Shown in pieces: positions 19,487 through 29,952 of a stretch of DNA of 64,000 nt (within the stretch, counting starts at the first letter, position 1; the number at the start of each line of letters is the position of its first letter). The position numbers and the translations under genes were made by a program. Below the pieces are notes generated by a model that saw only the letters and a list, made by a program, of their open reading frames with translations, searched no databases and was not told the DNA's origin. This stretch comes from an uncultured delta proteobacterium (GTDB taxonomy: Bacteria > Desulfobacterota > Binatia > UBA9968), in assembly GCA_963728565.1 (NCBI GenBank), contig CAVSLC010000010.1, positions 224,001 to 288,000 on the forward strand. The letters run 5' to 3'.

Positions 19487-20299
19487 TCATCTTGCCGCCA
19501 AAAAGCTCCGAATTGCTCCGTGAGCTGCATCCGGATTGGTGAAGAAATAGTTGTGCGCTTCACCCGGAATTTCTACGAAATCGGCATTGGCAAGGCCGCG
19601 CGCCAGAACATCCGCGTCCTTGCGATGCGAACTTCCGGTTGAGGACACATGGTCATCGGAACCGACCATGACCAGGGTTGGCAGTTTGATGTCTTCGAGA
19701 CGATCGGTAGTGTCATGTTCCTGCCTTGCGATGACGTGGCGTAAATAACTTTCCAGCGGTGGAAGATTTGCCATACGAACCTTAAGGAAGTGTTCGACCT
19801 TATCGCGATTCTGTTTGAGGTAGGCCGGGGTCCAGCCGACTTCAAGAGTGTGTTCTCGCACATAGCGTTCATAGCCGAGCTCGACCATTTCCTTGCATAA
19901 CTGGAAAGGGATTCCCTTGGCCATTCCCGGATGACCGGCGCCGCTCGACGCAATAATCAGTTTCTTAACCTTGGTGGGATGTTTCAATGCCAATAATTGA
20001 ACGATTCTGCCGCCCATCGAATGGCCGCAAACGATTGCCGGTCCCGCGTTTAGATGATCAAGAATGGCGATGGCGTCCTCGACGAAGTCGTCCGTCGAGT
20101 ATGGGACGGTCGGTTTAGTCGAGCGCCCTGTGCCCCGATAATCGTGAGTGATCACCTTGTGATCGCGGCAAAATTCCGGCACCTGGAAAATATTCCAGAC
20201 ATCGCCGGCGCAGGCGGTTTCGCTAAAAAACATCATCGGCGCGCCCTGACCATGAGTTTCGAAAAAGATTTCAACCTCTTTACGTTTGATGAAAGGCAT
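19487..20299 (-). CDS. Alpha/beta hydrolase
   Basis: HDYRGTGRS, GHSMGG nucleophile elbow, PTLVMVGSDD, GEAH. Confidence 0.9.
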   Translation of the reverse strand: MPFIKRKEVEIFFETHGQGAPMMFFSETACAGDVWNIFQVPEFCRDHKVITHDYRGTGRSTKPTVPYSTDDFVEDAIAILDHLNAGPAIVCGHSMGGRIVQLLALKHPTKVKKLIIASSGAGHPGMAKGIPFQLCKEMVELGYERYVREHTLEVGWTPAYLKQNRDKVEHFLKVRMANLPPLESYLRHVIARQEHDTTDRLEDIKLPTLVMVGSDDHVSSTGSSHRKDADVLARGLANADFVEIPGEAHNYFFTNPDAAHGAIRSFLAAR

Positions 20300-20463
20300 G
20301 AGCGGGTTCCCTTCCCGAGTGTCTGCAGTCCAATTACGACGGTCACTCGGCAAATGCAATCGTTGTCTGATGTGCTCGTTGGCCATGTAAAAACTCCGGA
20401 TCCAAGATTTGACATCTGCACCGGCGCTGTGCGAGTAAGCATTGTCGGCGAGGTTTACGATAC

Positions 20464-21105
20464 ATGGTACGAACTCAATTTATCATTGTGCGGCACGGGC
20501 AGACGCAGTGGAATTATCGCGGCGTACGGCAGGGCCATCTCGACAGCGATTTGACGGAAAGAGGCATTGCTCAGGCGAATGCTTTGGCTATTCGATTGAC
20601 GCGCGAACATTTTACACGACTTTACAGCAGTGATCTGGGACGCGCTCTGCGCACCGCTCAAATAATCGCCGCTTCGACCGGTCATGAGATTGTGACCGAT
20701 GCTCGCCTACGCGAGCGGCACCTGGGAATCTTCCAGGGACTTAACGGCGACGAGATCAGAGCGAGGTATCCGCAAGAACACCGGCTGCACCGTTCCGTGG
20801 GCCCGGATTACGTGATTCCCGGCGGTGAAAGCGTGCGGCAGCAGGTCGCGCGCAATGTGGCTTACCTCACAGAACTTGGCCAGAAGCATCCGGGTGAGAC
20901 AGTTGTGGTTGTTACCCATGGAGGGGTGCTGAGCGGCCTCTTCCGCCACACCTTTTCAATTCCGTTCGATGCGCCGCGCCGGTTTGAGTTCACCAACGCG
21001 GGATTGAACGTGTTCAGTTACCGAGAGGGCGACTGGTTCCTGCAGACCTGGGGCGATACCAGCCACCTTTGCGAAGTGGGGACTGTGGACGGCGACGATC
21101 CTTAG
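20464..21105 (+). CDS. Histidine phosphatase (phosphoglycerate mutase-like)
   Basis: RHGQT, SSDLGRA, LRER, PGGES, VTHGG. Confidence 0.92.
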   Translation: MVRTQFIIVRHGQTQWNYRGVRQGHLDSDLTERGIAQANALAIRLTREHFTRLYSSDLGRALRTAQIIAASTGHEIVTDARLRERHLGIFQGLNGDEIRARYPQEHRLHRSVGPDYVIPGGESVRQQVARNVAYLTELGQKHPGETVVVVTHGGVLSGLFRHTFSIPFDAPRRFEFTNAGLNVFSYREGDWFLQTWGDTSHLCEVGTVDGDDP

Positions 21106-21233
21106 GCATGCTGGTGAAAACGTCCAGCTGCTGCGTTCCGCTCGTCCGACTCCGCTTCCGGCGTACAACTCGAGTACGCCTGCGCTCGTTGGACGTCGCG
21201 CGCCTTGCATCTGAGCGTTTTGACCAGCATGCC
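21105..21233. mobile_element. MITE-like palindromic element, copy C
   Basis: 18-bp TIRs GGCATGCTGGTGAAAACG/CGTTTTGACCAGCATGCC; central GGCGTAC-N7-GTACGCC. Confidence 0.7.
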
Positions 21234-21282
21234 GAGCCATCGTGATGTGTCCGTGGCAAACGTGATCGAGAACTCCGAACGA

Positions 21283-21308
21283 ATACGAACACGCGAGCAC
21301 GAACACGA
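21283..21308. repeat. Short degenerate hexamer run (GAACAC/GAGCAC)
   Basis: cgaacgaatacgaacacgcgagcacgaacacgaa at the 3' end of the carboxyltransferase gene. Confidence 0.5.
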
Positions 21309-21312
21309 AAAT

Positions 21313-22773
21313 TTAGACCGCGTTTCTTTTCTCCATCCTCACCGAGAAGCCGGGTCGCTTGATAAAGATTTGATTCGAACCCTTGCGCCGGCTGAGCTGC
21401 TCGATCAGCCTTACCAAAGGCAGATCGCCGTTCAAATAATCGCGCGGTTTGCCGCCGTCCGGCAGCGCATTGACGTAGTCGTCGCCGGCGAAAAAGCGCA
21501 AGATCAACTCTTCATCGGAGAGATGAACGCCTAACTTCTGCCTGACTTCATTCAGGGTGGGTTCGGGTTGTTCCCAATGGGTCCATTCTTTGGCGCGTGG
21601 CCGGCTTAAAATTTTATCTCTGACATCGGGGTCCATGACCTCGACCGCTTCTTTGCCCCAAAACCCCAGCGCATACTGAATCACCTGATCAGGCACCTCT
21701 TTGTAACGCTCTCCGAGAAGCACGTTGATCGCGGCTTGAGTGCCGACGTACTGCGACAGCGGCGTCACCATGATCGGATAGCCGAAATCTTTTCGAACGT
21801 GAGCGGCTTCCTCGAGCGCGGCCTCCATCTTGTGCTCCATGCCGACGATCTTGAGCTGGTGGCGCATGTTGGAGATCATGCCTCCGGGGACTTGATGCAG
21901 ATATTGAGACTCGTCGTACTCGACCGGTTTGCCGATCGGCAAGCCGGATTTTCTGGCCACCGCGGTGAAATGTTTTTCAACGGCTTCAAGCGGTTTCAAA
22001 TCCACCATCGGGGTATAGCCGAGAGCGCGCAGATTATGGGCGATATTGAAGATCGACGGCTGTGACGAGCCGTTGGCCAGCGGCGGCACGGCGGTATGAA
22101 GAATTCTCATGCCGAGCTTGACGCCTTCGAGATAGCAGAGCGGCGCTTGGCCGCTGTTGCAGTGGGCGTGGAACTCGACCGGGATCTTTCCCGCGCTCTT
22201 GAGCACGATCGGGATCAGAGTTCGGGCTCGCTCCGGCGTGAGCAAGCCGCCGACGTCCTTGAAGCAGATCCGCCATGGATTGCTCGCTGCCGCTTCGTTG
22301 GCTTTACGGGCGTAGTATTCGTCGGTGTGACGAGGCGAGACCGAGTAGATCAAGTTGGCCACGGTATCCATGCCGCTTTTCTTTAAGTCGGCGATTTCTT
22401 CTGCGAAGTCGGCGAAGTCGTTCCAGGAGTTCGATGTTCGAGTCAAAGTCAGTCCATAGGAGACTAGCCGTTCGATCAGCAGCTTGAGAATGCAGTGAGG
22501 GGTTTTTTCAAATGCGCTGTGCATGCCGCCGTGATAACGCAGGCGGGTGTTCTTGATGCGCTTGGTGCCTTCGCGCACCCACTCCCATGGATTCTCCTTA
22601 TGCTCGCGCACATACTTCTTGAACATGACGCTCAAGAAGAACTCCATCGATTCGAAGCCGGCCTGGTCCATCTGCTCGGCGATCGGCAGCATTGCGCCGA
22701 CTCGCATATTGAGCGCCCAGAGGCTTTGATTGCCGTCACGCACGGTTGTGTCGATAAAACGAATCTCGCTCAT
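21313..22773 (-). CDS. Pyruvate carboxylase subunit B/oxaloacetate decarboxylase alpha-like carboxyltransferase without biotinyl domain
   Basis: DTTVRDGNQSLWA, CFKDVGGLL, EFHAHCNSG, HQVPGGMISN, GYPIMVTPLSQ; no AMKM motif. Confidence 0.88.
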   Translation of the reverse strand: MSEIRFIDTTVRDGNQSLWALNMRVGAMLPIAEQMDQAGFESMEFFLSVMFKKYVREHKENPWEWVREGTKRIKNTRLRYHGGMHSAFEKTPHCILKLLIERLVSYGLTLTRTSNSWNDFADFAEEIADLKKSGMDTVANLIYSVSPRHTDEYYARKANEAAASNPWRICFKDVGGLLTPERARTLIPIVLKSAGKIPVEFHAHCNSGQAPLCYLEGVKLGMRILHTAVPPLANGSSQPSIFNIAHNLRALGYTPMVDLKPLEAVEKHFTAVARKSGLPIGKPVEYDESQYLHQVPGGMISNMRHQLKIVGMEHKMEAALEEAAHVRKDFGYPIMVTPLSQYVGTQAAINVLLGERYKEVPDQVIQYALGFWGKEAVEVMDPDVRDKILSRPRAKEWTHWEQPEPTLNEVRQKLGVHLSDEELILRFFAGDDYVNALPDGGKPRDYLNGDLPLVRLIEQLSRRKGSNQIFIKRPGFSVRMEKRNAV

Positions 22774-22913
22774 CTAACCTCCGGAACACTCACAGTGTGT
22801 TCAAGTCGTTCAAATCGGACCGACAGGTTCGCCGTCGGTGGGTGTACTGATGCTCGTATAGTTTGTATAAATTCTTACAGAATAGATCAAATGGGAAAGC
22901 CGGGAGCGGCTCT

Positions 22914-23333
22914 ATGAAAAGCTATCGCAAGGAACTGTGGTTTGATACGCCGACCCGGGTCGCGTTCGTTAATATCACGGGGCAGGTGCAGGAATGCATT
23001 CGAAAAAGCGGGGTCAACGACGGTTTGGTCCTGGTGAACGCCATGCATATCACCGCTTCGGTGTTCATCAACGATGACGAATCAGGCCTGCACCACGACT
23101 ACGGTGTGTGGCTGGAAAAATTGGCGCCGCACGAACCGCTCGAACAGTACCGTCATAACGATACCGGCGAAGACAATGCCGACGCGCACATCAAGCGGCA
23201 GGTGATGGGCCGGGAGGTGGTCGTCGCCGTCACCGACGGCCGTTTGGATTTCGGTCCATGGGAGCAGATCTTCTATGGCGAGTTCGACGGCAAACGGCGC
23301 AAACGGGTGCTGGTAAAGATTATCGGCGAGTAG
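22914..23333 (+). CDS. yjbQ: YjbQ/UPF0047 family protein
   Basis: [39 protein letters not shown]. Confidence 0.93.
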   Translation: MKSYRKELWFDTPTRVAFVNITGQVQECIRKSGVNDGLVLVNAMHITASVFINDDESGLHHDYGVWLEKLAPHEPLEQYRHNDTGEDNADAHIKRQVMGREVVVAVTDGRLDFGPWEQIFYGEFDGKRRKRVLVKIIGE

Positions 23334-23346
23334 GAGACGATACTCC

Positions 23347-24228
23347 TCATTTGCCAAACCGCCGCGGTTCGATATTTTCGCCGACATCGAATCGCATCAG
23401 GTCTTCTCCGACGAGCAGCGGACCGGAATACCGCTTGCGCGTGGCCGGGATCAAATCGTCGGCCCTGGCGCCGCCGAAAAGCAAGAGATGGTTGTAGACC
23501 GCGAGTTTCGGTTTGATCCGAGCGAAAACCTCACCGGCCTGCTCCGGAGTGGTATGATTGCTGCCGATCCGTTTGAGTTGCGCGGGACTCTCGGCGGCAG
23601 CGCCGCTAACGGCAGTGACTTCGTGAACGACCAGATCGGCGCCCTGCCCATGGTCGATTAGATTTTCATTGAAAGTCGTGTCTCCGGACAGCACGGCGGA
23701 ATGTCCTCGATAATCGATCCGATATCCGAAAGCAGGCAACTCTTCGCCGCCATGATCCACTTCGAATGCACTTATGGTGATGCCGTTATGCGAATAAACA
23801 ACTCCTTCTTCAATCTCCTCCGAATCGAGTTTGGCGCCGGCCATGGGATAGCTTCTGCTGCGCACGCGCAGATCTACTGCGAAGGCCAACGGTAGATGTT
23901 CCATCATCTGGTTTGTCCCTCGAGGACCCCACACCCGAAGAGGGGTTTGTCGGTTCCCCCAGGGCCGGCCGATCCAGCCGGTCAGCCAGAGATCGACAAA
24001 ACCTACGACATGATCGGAGTGATGGTGTGTGAGCAACAAACCGGTGATATCGGCAAACGGGATGCCAAGTTGGTGCAGCCGCTGCATGGCGCCGCGCCCG
24101 GCATCGAAGATAAATTTTTGCTCTCCGGCTTCGATCAAGGTGCTCGGCCCGAAGCGGCCTAAGAGCGGCGGCGGCGCTCCGGTTCCGAGCAAAGTCACAC
24201 GGAACAAATCTGGAACAGGTTCTACCAT
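23347..24228 (-). CDS. MBL-fold hydrolase, RNase Z/AtsA-like
   Basis: VTLLGTG, FDAGRG, THHHSDH, SGDT, HE, NHTTPEQAG. Confidence 0.9.
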   Translation of the reverse strand: MVEPVPDLFRVTLLGTGAPPPLLGRFGPSTLIEAGEQKFIFDAGRGAMQRLHQLGIPFADITGLLLTHHHSDHVVGFVDLWLTGWIGRPWGNRQTPLRVWGPRGTNQMMEHLPLAFAVDLRVRSRSYPMAGAKLDSEEIEEGVVYSHNGITISAFEVDHGGEELPAFGYRIDYRGHSAVLSGDTTFNENLIDHGQGADLVVHEVTAVSGAAAESPAQLKRIGSNHTTPEQAGEVFARIKPKLAVYNHLLLFGGARADDLIPATRKRYSGPLLVGEDLMRFDVGENIEPRRFGK

Positions 24229-24339
24229 ATTTCCTCGCGAGATGATTATCGCAGCGGAGACGACGATGCCAGTCAATCTATCATCGACAGAAAGATTTGC
24301 GCAATTGACCCGGATCAGGCCGGCCGGTATCGTTGATCA

Positions 24340-25632
24340 GTGAAAAAAAGATCCAATAGCGACTCATCGCCAGGGAACCGGCGATCCGAGAGCCATGGGG
24401 AATCATTCAAGAGACAGCGCGATTCCCGATTCAAACCGGTGCAGCCACGCGAGCGCCAGGCGCCGGCGGAGCGGCCGTACGAGTCTCCGTGCCCGCACTA
24501 TCCGAACTGCATCGGCTGTCCTTTGAGTCATGTTCCTTATCCGGAGCAGCTGCTCAAAAAACGCGATATCGTCAGCGCCGCGCTGGCGAACTACCCCTTG
24601 CTCGCTCATGCCGAAGTACCCTCGGTGATGGCGGCGCCGCACCGGCTGGGTTATCGGGCGCGCATAAAACTAGTCGTGCGCAGCAGCCGTGGCGAAATCG
24701 CGATCGGCCTTTATGTGCCGGGTAGCCATCGGGTGATTGATATTTCTTCGTGCCCGGTACATCCCCGGCCCGTCAATCAGGTACTTCAATATCTAAAGAA
24801 AAAGATTCTGGAGCTGGGTATCGAGCCCTATGACGAAAGAGACGACAGCGGACAATTGCGCTATCTCGACTTCCGCTACAGCTTTGGCCAGCGGGAGTTG
24901 AGCGTTACCTTGGTGACGCGCCACCGCGACTTTCCTCAAGGAGGCGCACTGGCCCGGTCGTTGACTCGTAAATTTTCTTTCATCAATGGCGTGATCCAGA
25001 ACGTTAACCAAGAGCGCGGTAACGTGATCTGGGGAGACCACTACCGGACCATCTCCGGTCGCGACACCTTGCTCGATCAGGTTGGCCCGTTGACTCTTGG
25101 ATTTCCCGCCGGGGTATTTTCACAAGCAAATCCATCCACCGCGAAACGACTCTACGACATGGTAGTCGAAATGGCAGAGTTAAAGAGTGTCGAGACGGTG
25201 CTCGATCTCTATTGCGGCGTCGGACCGATCTCGCTCTATTTGGCCGGCGCTGCTCGTCTGGTTTGGGGAGTCGATGAAAACGCGCTGGCGATCGACACGG
25301 CCAAACAGAATGCGCGCAGAAATGGCATATCGAACTGCCGTTTTTTCGAGGGTGATGTGGCAGAAAAACTGGGCGAGGCAAAAAAAACTCTCGGTGAAAT
25401 CGATCTGGTCGTGCTCAACCCGCCGCGTAAGGGCGTTCAGCCGGCGGCGATGGAAGCGACCATCGCCGTGAATGCTCCTAAGTTGATCTACGTATCGTGC
25501 AACCCGAACAGCCTGGCGCGCGACCTCGGCAAATTGGTCGGGCAAAATTATCGCCTACGGCGGCTCCAGCCCTTTGATATGTTCCCGCAAACCGAGCAAG
25601 TGGAAACAGTCGTGTTGCTCGAGAAAAGTTAA
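24340..25632 (+). CDS. rlmD: 23S rRNA (uracil-5)-methyltransferase RlmD/RumA family
   Basis: CPHYPNCIGC Fe-S motif, FSQAN, LDLYCGVG, NPPRKG, YVSCNP, DMFPQT; no obvious TRAM domain. Confidence 0.88.
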   Translation: MKKRSNSDSSPGNRRSESHGESFKRQRDSRFKPVQPRERQAPAERPYESPCPHYPNCIGCPLSHVPYPEQLLKKRDIVSAALANYPLLAHAEVPSVMAAPHRLGYRARIKLVVRSSRGEIAIGLYVPGSHRVIDISSCPVHPRPVNQVLQYLKKKILELGIEPYDERDDSGQLRYLDFRYSFGQRELSVTLVTRHRDFPQGGALARSLTRKFSFINGVIQNVNQERGNVIWGDHYRTISGRDTLLDQVGPLTLGFPAGVFSQANPSTAKRLYDMVVEMAELKSVETVLDLYCGVGPISLYLAGAARLVWGVDENALAIDTAKQNARRNGISNCRFFEGDVAEKLGEAKKTLGEIDLVVLNPPRKGVQPAAMEATIAVNAPKLIYVSCNPNSLARDLGKLVGQNYRLRRLQPFDMFPQTEQVETVVLLEKS

Positions 25633-25695
25633 CCGTACTTGCAAAATCTCAGTTCGTTGTGATTCTATTGCTCAATTGATTGGCGGGAGGTGCTT

Positions 25696-26139
25696 ATGGC
25701 TGAATTGAAAGTTGACGGTGTGGTCCACTGGTCGATTCCGGTGAACAATCTGGAGGAAGCCGAGAAATTTTATGGCGAGCTTCTTGGATTGGAACCAAGG
25801 GGACGTTTGGGCGGGTCGGGGATGTCCTGCTTTAAAGCCGGTGATCACAACATTCTTCTCTGCGTCCGCAACGACGCAACCGTCCGAACTCCGCAACAAG
25901 ACAATCGGCTTCATCACGCATTTATGGTAAGTCCGGAAATGTGGGAAAGAGGATGCCGGGTGTTTCACGAAAATGGCGTGAAGATCGCTGAGCCGATCGT
26001 GTATCGGGAGAAAGGTCATTTCACCGGTCGCGAATTATACTTCCTCGATCCGAGCGGCAATATGTTGGAGCTGTGTGATCCGACTTGGAAGCCTGGGATG
26101 CCGGCGCCGACCTATGAGGAAATAGTCGGGGCGAACTGA
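25696..26139 (+). CDS. VOC/glyoxalase family protein
   Basis: HWSIPVNNLEEAEKFYGELLG, HHAF, YFLDPSGNMLE; GGAGG RBS. Confidence 0.9.
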   Translation: MAELKVDGVVHWSIPVNNLEEAEKFYGELLGLEPRGRLGGSGMSCFKAGDHNILLCVRNDATVRTPQQDNRLHHAFMVSPEMWERGCRVFHENGVKIAEPIVYREKGHFTGRELYFLDPSGNMLELCDPTWKPGMPAPTYEEIVGAN

Positions 26140-26230
26140 ATAACTGAGTTTCTATCGGCCGAAGAGAAACGTATTTTGTTCAAAACTGGTCAAGTTCAAC
26201 CTTGACATTTGCACGTTGGAACCATCCTCC

Positions 26231-27556
26231 TCAAGGCGCGTCGGAGCGATACCACCACAGTTGCGGAATCGCCCAGCAAACAGCCAGAATGGTTAGCGTG
26301 CAAAGTATGCAGCCCACCAGCGCGGCGTTGGGCGCGCCAAGCAGCGCCGCTCCGGCACCGGCAATGACTGCTCCAAGGGCGTTGGTGGTTTGGGCGAAGA
26401 CCGTCAAAAAACTGGTGGCGCGGCCGCGCATATCGTCGGGCGCGAGTATCTGCACCACCGTGCGGCGCATGGTCACGCTGATGGCGTCAGCTAATCCCAA
26501 AACACCGACCGCTATCAAACCAAGCCAAAACCATCTCGACAATCCCAAAAAACCCAAGCTCAACGCGAAGAGCAATGTCGCGGCAATCGACAGCGCTCCT
26601 TTACGCTTTATGTCTCCGATTGCGAGCAACATGCCGGAGCCGATAAGAGCTCCGATTGCCGGCGCGGCATAGAGGGCGCCGAGTCCTCGGGCGCCGACTT
26701 GGTAAACGTCATCGGCGAATATCGGCAGTATCGGACGATAAAAACCGAACAGCACGGCGAAGAAGTCCAAGAGAAACAGCGACAGGATGATGCGTGTATG
26801 GTAGAGGAACTCAAAACCCTCTATCAGGCTGCGCCAGCTTACTTGTCGCCGCGCGCCTTGTGGTTGCCCTGAACTGCGTACCAGCAAAACACAACAGATC
26901 GCCGGCACCAGCAACAAAGCATCGGCGATATAGGAAGCGTCCAAGCCGAAGAAATCGATCAGGAACCCGGCAAACACCGGCGCGGTTAGCTGGGTTCCCT
27001 GCATCATCAGGGTTGACAAAGTCACTGCGTTTAGAAGATAGGATTGCGGCACCAGGCTAGGGATGATCGCCTGGCGCGCCGGACCGCCGAGCACCTGTAG
27101 CGATGAGGTGACGACATTAAGAGTATTGATGTGCCAAACCTGGACCACGCCGCTGAGGGTCAATAGCCCGAGGGCCAAACCCGGCAGCAAGTTGATTGCG
27201 GCGGTGAATAGGATCAGTTTCTTACGATTGTAAGTGTCGGCAAGCACGCCGCCGAATAGCCCGAAGAAAATAAACGGCACGGCCTGAAAAAATCCCGCCA
27301 AACCAAGCTGCACCGAAGATCCTGACAATTGATAGACCTGGTACAAGCTCGCCACGTTGCGCATATGCATCGAAGTGTTGGTACACAGGATTGTGATGAA
27401 AATCAGGCGATAGTCCCGAATCAGGAGAGACGACCAGGGTCGGATGCGCGCCGCGGGGTCATTGGCGCCGTTTGTTTCTGAGTCTATTGTCACCGGGAAT
27501 GGAAGACGAGTGATGGAATGTGATGGCAATGTAGCTGTTGCCGGAGCAGTCGTCAA
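26231..27556 (-). CDS. MFS transporter (EntS/MFS_3-like)
   Basis: Many TM helices; GGVLADTYNRK, PARQAIIPSLVP, PDDMRGR. Confidence 0.9.
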   Translation of the reverse strand: MTTAPATATLPSHSITRLPFPVTIDSETNGANDPAARIRPWSSLLIRDYRLIFITILCTNTSMHMRNVASLYQVYQLSGSSVQLGLAGFFQAVPFIFFGLFGGVLADTYNRKKLILFTAAINLLPGLALGLLTLSGVVQVWHINTLNVVTSSLQVLGGPARQAIIPSLVPQSYLLNAVTLSTLMMQGTQLTAPVFAGFLIDFFGLDASYIADALLLVPAICCVLLVRSSGQPQGARRQVSWRSLIEGFEFLYHTRIILSLFLLDFFAVLFGFYRPILPIFADDVYQVGARGLGALYAAPAIGALIGSGMLLAIGDIKRKGALSIAATLLFALSLGFLGLSRWFWLGLIAVGVLGLADAISVTMRRTVVQILAPDDMRGRATSFLTVFAQTTNALGAVIAGAGAALLGAPNAALVGCILCTLTILAVCWAIPQLWWYRSDAP

Positions 27557-27646
27557 CTTTATGATTCACCTTCGAAGTTTTCCGCTTGACGTTTTACCGG
27601 CATCTCCATTAGCTTTGCACGTCAAGATTGGACGGAGGGCCGCTTA

Positions 27647-28669
27647 ATGAAAAAGCTGATAACGAGCACAGCAATGATTGTCTGCATATTCTTTTTTATC
27701 GGGGCTGCAGCGGCCCAGAATAACTTCTATGAGGGGAAAACCATCCGCATCATCGTCGGGTTCTCGCCCGGCGGCGGTTACGATGCTCTGGCGCGGATGC
27801 TTTCACGGCACATGCCCAAGTATATCCCCGGCAATCCGACCATTGTCGTGGAGAACATGACCGGCGCTGGGAGCCTGCTCGCCGCCAATCATATTTTTAA
27901 AGTCGCCAAGCCGGATGGTTTGACGTTCGGTCACTTCAGCGGCGGCTTCGCTTTCAATCAAGTCATGGGTCAGCCTGGTATCGAGTTCGACGCCCGCAAG
28001 TTTGTTTTTGTCGGCGCGGTGGCGCGAGACGAGAGCGCTATCGCCTTAACCAAAGCAAGCGGCATCAACAATATGGAACAATGGATCGCGGCCAAGACGC
28101 CGGTGAAGATGGGCACCACGGGGCCGGGCGCGTTCGGCACCGACAACGTAATCAAAGTCATCAAGGCCGCGCTGAATCTGCCGATCCAAATCATCTCCGG
28201 ATTCAAAGGCACAGCGGAGATGCGTCTGGCTGCCGAGAGCGGTGAGATCGACGGCACGACCTGGGGCTGGGACACCATGCGAGGGGCGTGGCAGAACGCG
28301 ATCGAGTCAGGCACGGTGCTGATCGTGCTGCAGACCGTACCCAAACCATTTCCGGATCTGCCGCGCGTGCCGTTAGCCATCGATCTGGCGAAGACGCCGG
28401 AAGCGAAACAGCTGATTGAAGTGGGCATCCATTATCCGAGCAAGATTACCAAAACTCTCGCCCTGCCTCCGGGCACGCCTGGCGAGCGCGCGCAGATCCT
28501 GCAAAAAGCCTTGCAGGAGACTGTTAAGGATAAGGAATTCATCGCGGAAGCAGAGAAGGCGAAGCTGGGATTGGCGCCCGTGACAGCCGAGGAAATGAAA
28601 ACCACGGTGGACGGGATCTTCAAGTTGGACGCCGGCATCCTGGCAAAGCTGAAGACCATTCTTTTTTAA
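27647..28669 (+). CDS. Tripartite tricarboxylate transporter substrate-binding protein (TctC/Bug)
   Basis: FYEGKTIRIIVGFSPGGGYD, IPGNPTIVVENMTGAG, PDGLT. Confidence 0.9.
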   Translation: MKKLITSTAMIVCIFFFIGAAAAQNNFYEGKTIRIIVGFSPGGGYDALARMLSRHMPKYIPGNPTIVVENMTGAGSLLAANHIFKVAKPDGLTFGHFSGGFAFNQVMGQPGIEFDARKFVFVGAVARDESAIALTKASGINNMEQWIAAKTPVKMGTTGPGAFGTDNVIKVIKAALNLPIQIISGFKGTAEMRLAAESGEIDGTTWGWDTMRGAWQNAIESGTVLIVLQTVPKPFPDLPRVPLAIDLAKTPEAKQLIEVGIHYPSKITKTLALPPGTPGERAQILQKALQETVKDKEFIAEAEKAKLGLAPVTAEEMKTTVDGIFKLDAGILAKLKTILF

Positions 28670-28760
28670 ATTCCGCCGCCGCACCAGAGCGTTTGGATTG
28701 TATCCGCCGCGATAATCTGTCGATTAACCAGCTAATTTTTGCAGAACGGGAGAAACTCCT

Positions 28761-29906
28761 ATGCGCGTCATCGATTCGGATGGGCATTTCCATGAGCCGC
28801 ACTACTTATTCGAAGAATATATCGAGAAGGAATATTGGGGAAAGCGGCCGCGCGTGGTCAGAATCCAAGGTCATTCTATGGAAGAGGGACGTTGGGCGGT
28901 GGAGGGAAAGGTCGTGCCGCGAATACCCCTGTCCAAAGGCGTCGGCGCCGGCGGCTTCCTATACTTATCGCCCCGGCACAAACAGATGCACATGAAGGAC
29001 AGTTCGCTCGACGATGTCGCCGGTCGTGTCAAAGACCTAGGGCTCCTGGGGGTCGATGTTCAGATCGTTTATCCCACGGCTTTCGCCTTTGTCTCGGACG
29101 TGGAGGATAAGGGTTTGGCCGCGGCGATTTGCCGAGCCCACAATAACTATGTCGCCGAACGGTGCAGGCAAGCGCCCGATCAGCTCAAGGGTATTGCGCT
29201 GGTGCCGATACAAGATCCGCCCGCCGCCGTCGAGGAGATGCGTCGAGCGGTGCAGGATCTAGGTTTGGTGGCCGCGACCATTCCCGGCATGGTTGGCGAG
29301 CGCCCGCTTCATTCGCCGGAGTTCTATCCGTTCTTCAAGGCTGCCAACGATCTGGATTGTCCCATTGGATTTCACGCGGTGACGGGGATGCATTATACGC
29401 CGTGGGCGGATTGCTTCACCGATTTCTTTTCGACCCATATCACGTGTATGCCGTTCTCCATGATGGTGGCTCTCATGTCCGTGACGCAGATGGGAATCAT
29501 GGCTGAGTTTCCCAAACTTCGCTGCGCCTTCTTGGAAATTGACGGCACCTGGCTGCACTACTGGGCAAGATGGGTGAACAAGCACGTCTCCGACGCAAAA
29601 CGGGTTAGCGCCGGACATCACCTGGAGAAGGGCTGGGGCGAATCGCCCTATCTGCTTGCGGAAACCACGAGAGATCCGATGGAATACATCAAGTCGGGCC
29701 GCTTTCTCACCGGCTACGATGAGCATGAAGACTTGAGATATCTGATCGATCGGTTAGGCGCCAAAACTTTCATGTATGCCAGTGACTATCCGCACAGCGA
29801 TACGGAGTGGGAACGTGTTCCCAGTACCAAAGCGTTAGAAAGCATAAGCGCCGAGGAAAAGAGCGCCATCTTAGGCGAAAATGCGGCGCGATTTTATAAG
29901 ATCTGA
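28761..29906 (+). CDS. Amidohydrolase family protein (Amidohydro_2)
   Basis: IDSDGH, YPT, RAHNNY, GFH, ASDYPHSD, GENAARFY. Confidence 0.9.
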   Translation: MRVIDSDGHFHEPHYLFEEYIEKEYWGKRPRVVRIQGHSMEEGRWAVEGKVVPRIPLSKGVGAGGFLYLSPRHKQMHMKDSSLDDVAGRVKDLGLLGVDVQIVYPTAFAFVSDVEDKGLAAAICRAHNNYVAERCRQAPDQLKGIALVPIQDPPAAVEEMRRAVQDLGLVAATIPGMVGERPLHSPEFYPFFKAANDLDCPIGFHAVTGMHYTPWADCFTDFFSTHITCMPFSMMVALMSVTQMGIMAEFPKLRCAFLEIDGTWLHYWARWVNKHVSDAKRVSAGHHLEKGWGESPYLLAETTRDPMEYIKSGRFLTGYDEHEDLRYLIDRLGAKTFMYASDYPHSDTEWERVPSTKALESISAEEKSAILGENAARFYKI

Positions 29907-29952
29907 ATTAGTTCTAAAGCTTTTCGCAGCTTGTCGCCATTTAGGAGGCGTA

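Noticed and set aside
26207-26223. parS-like sequence (tttgcacgttggaacc)
   Set aside because: Does not form the 16-bp TGTTTCACGTGAAACA palindrome
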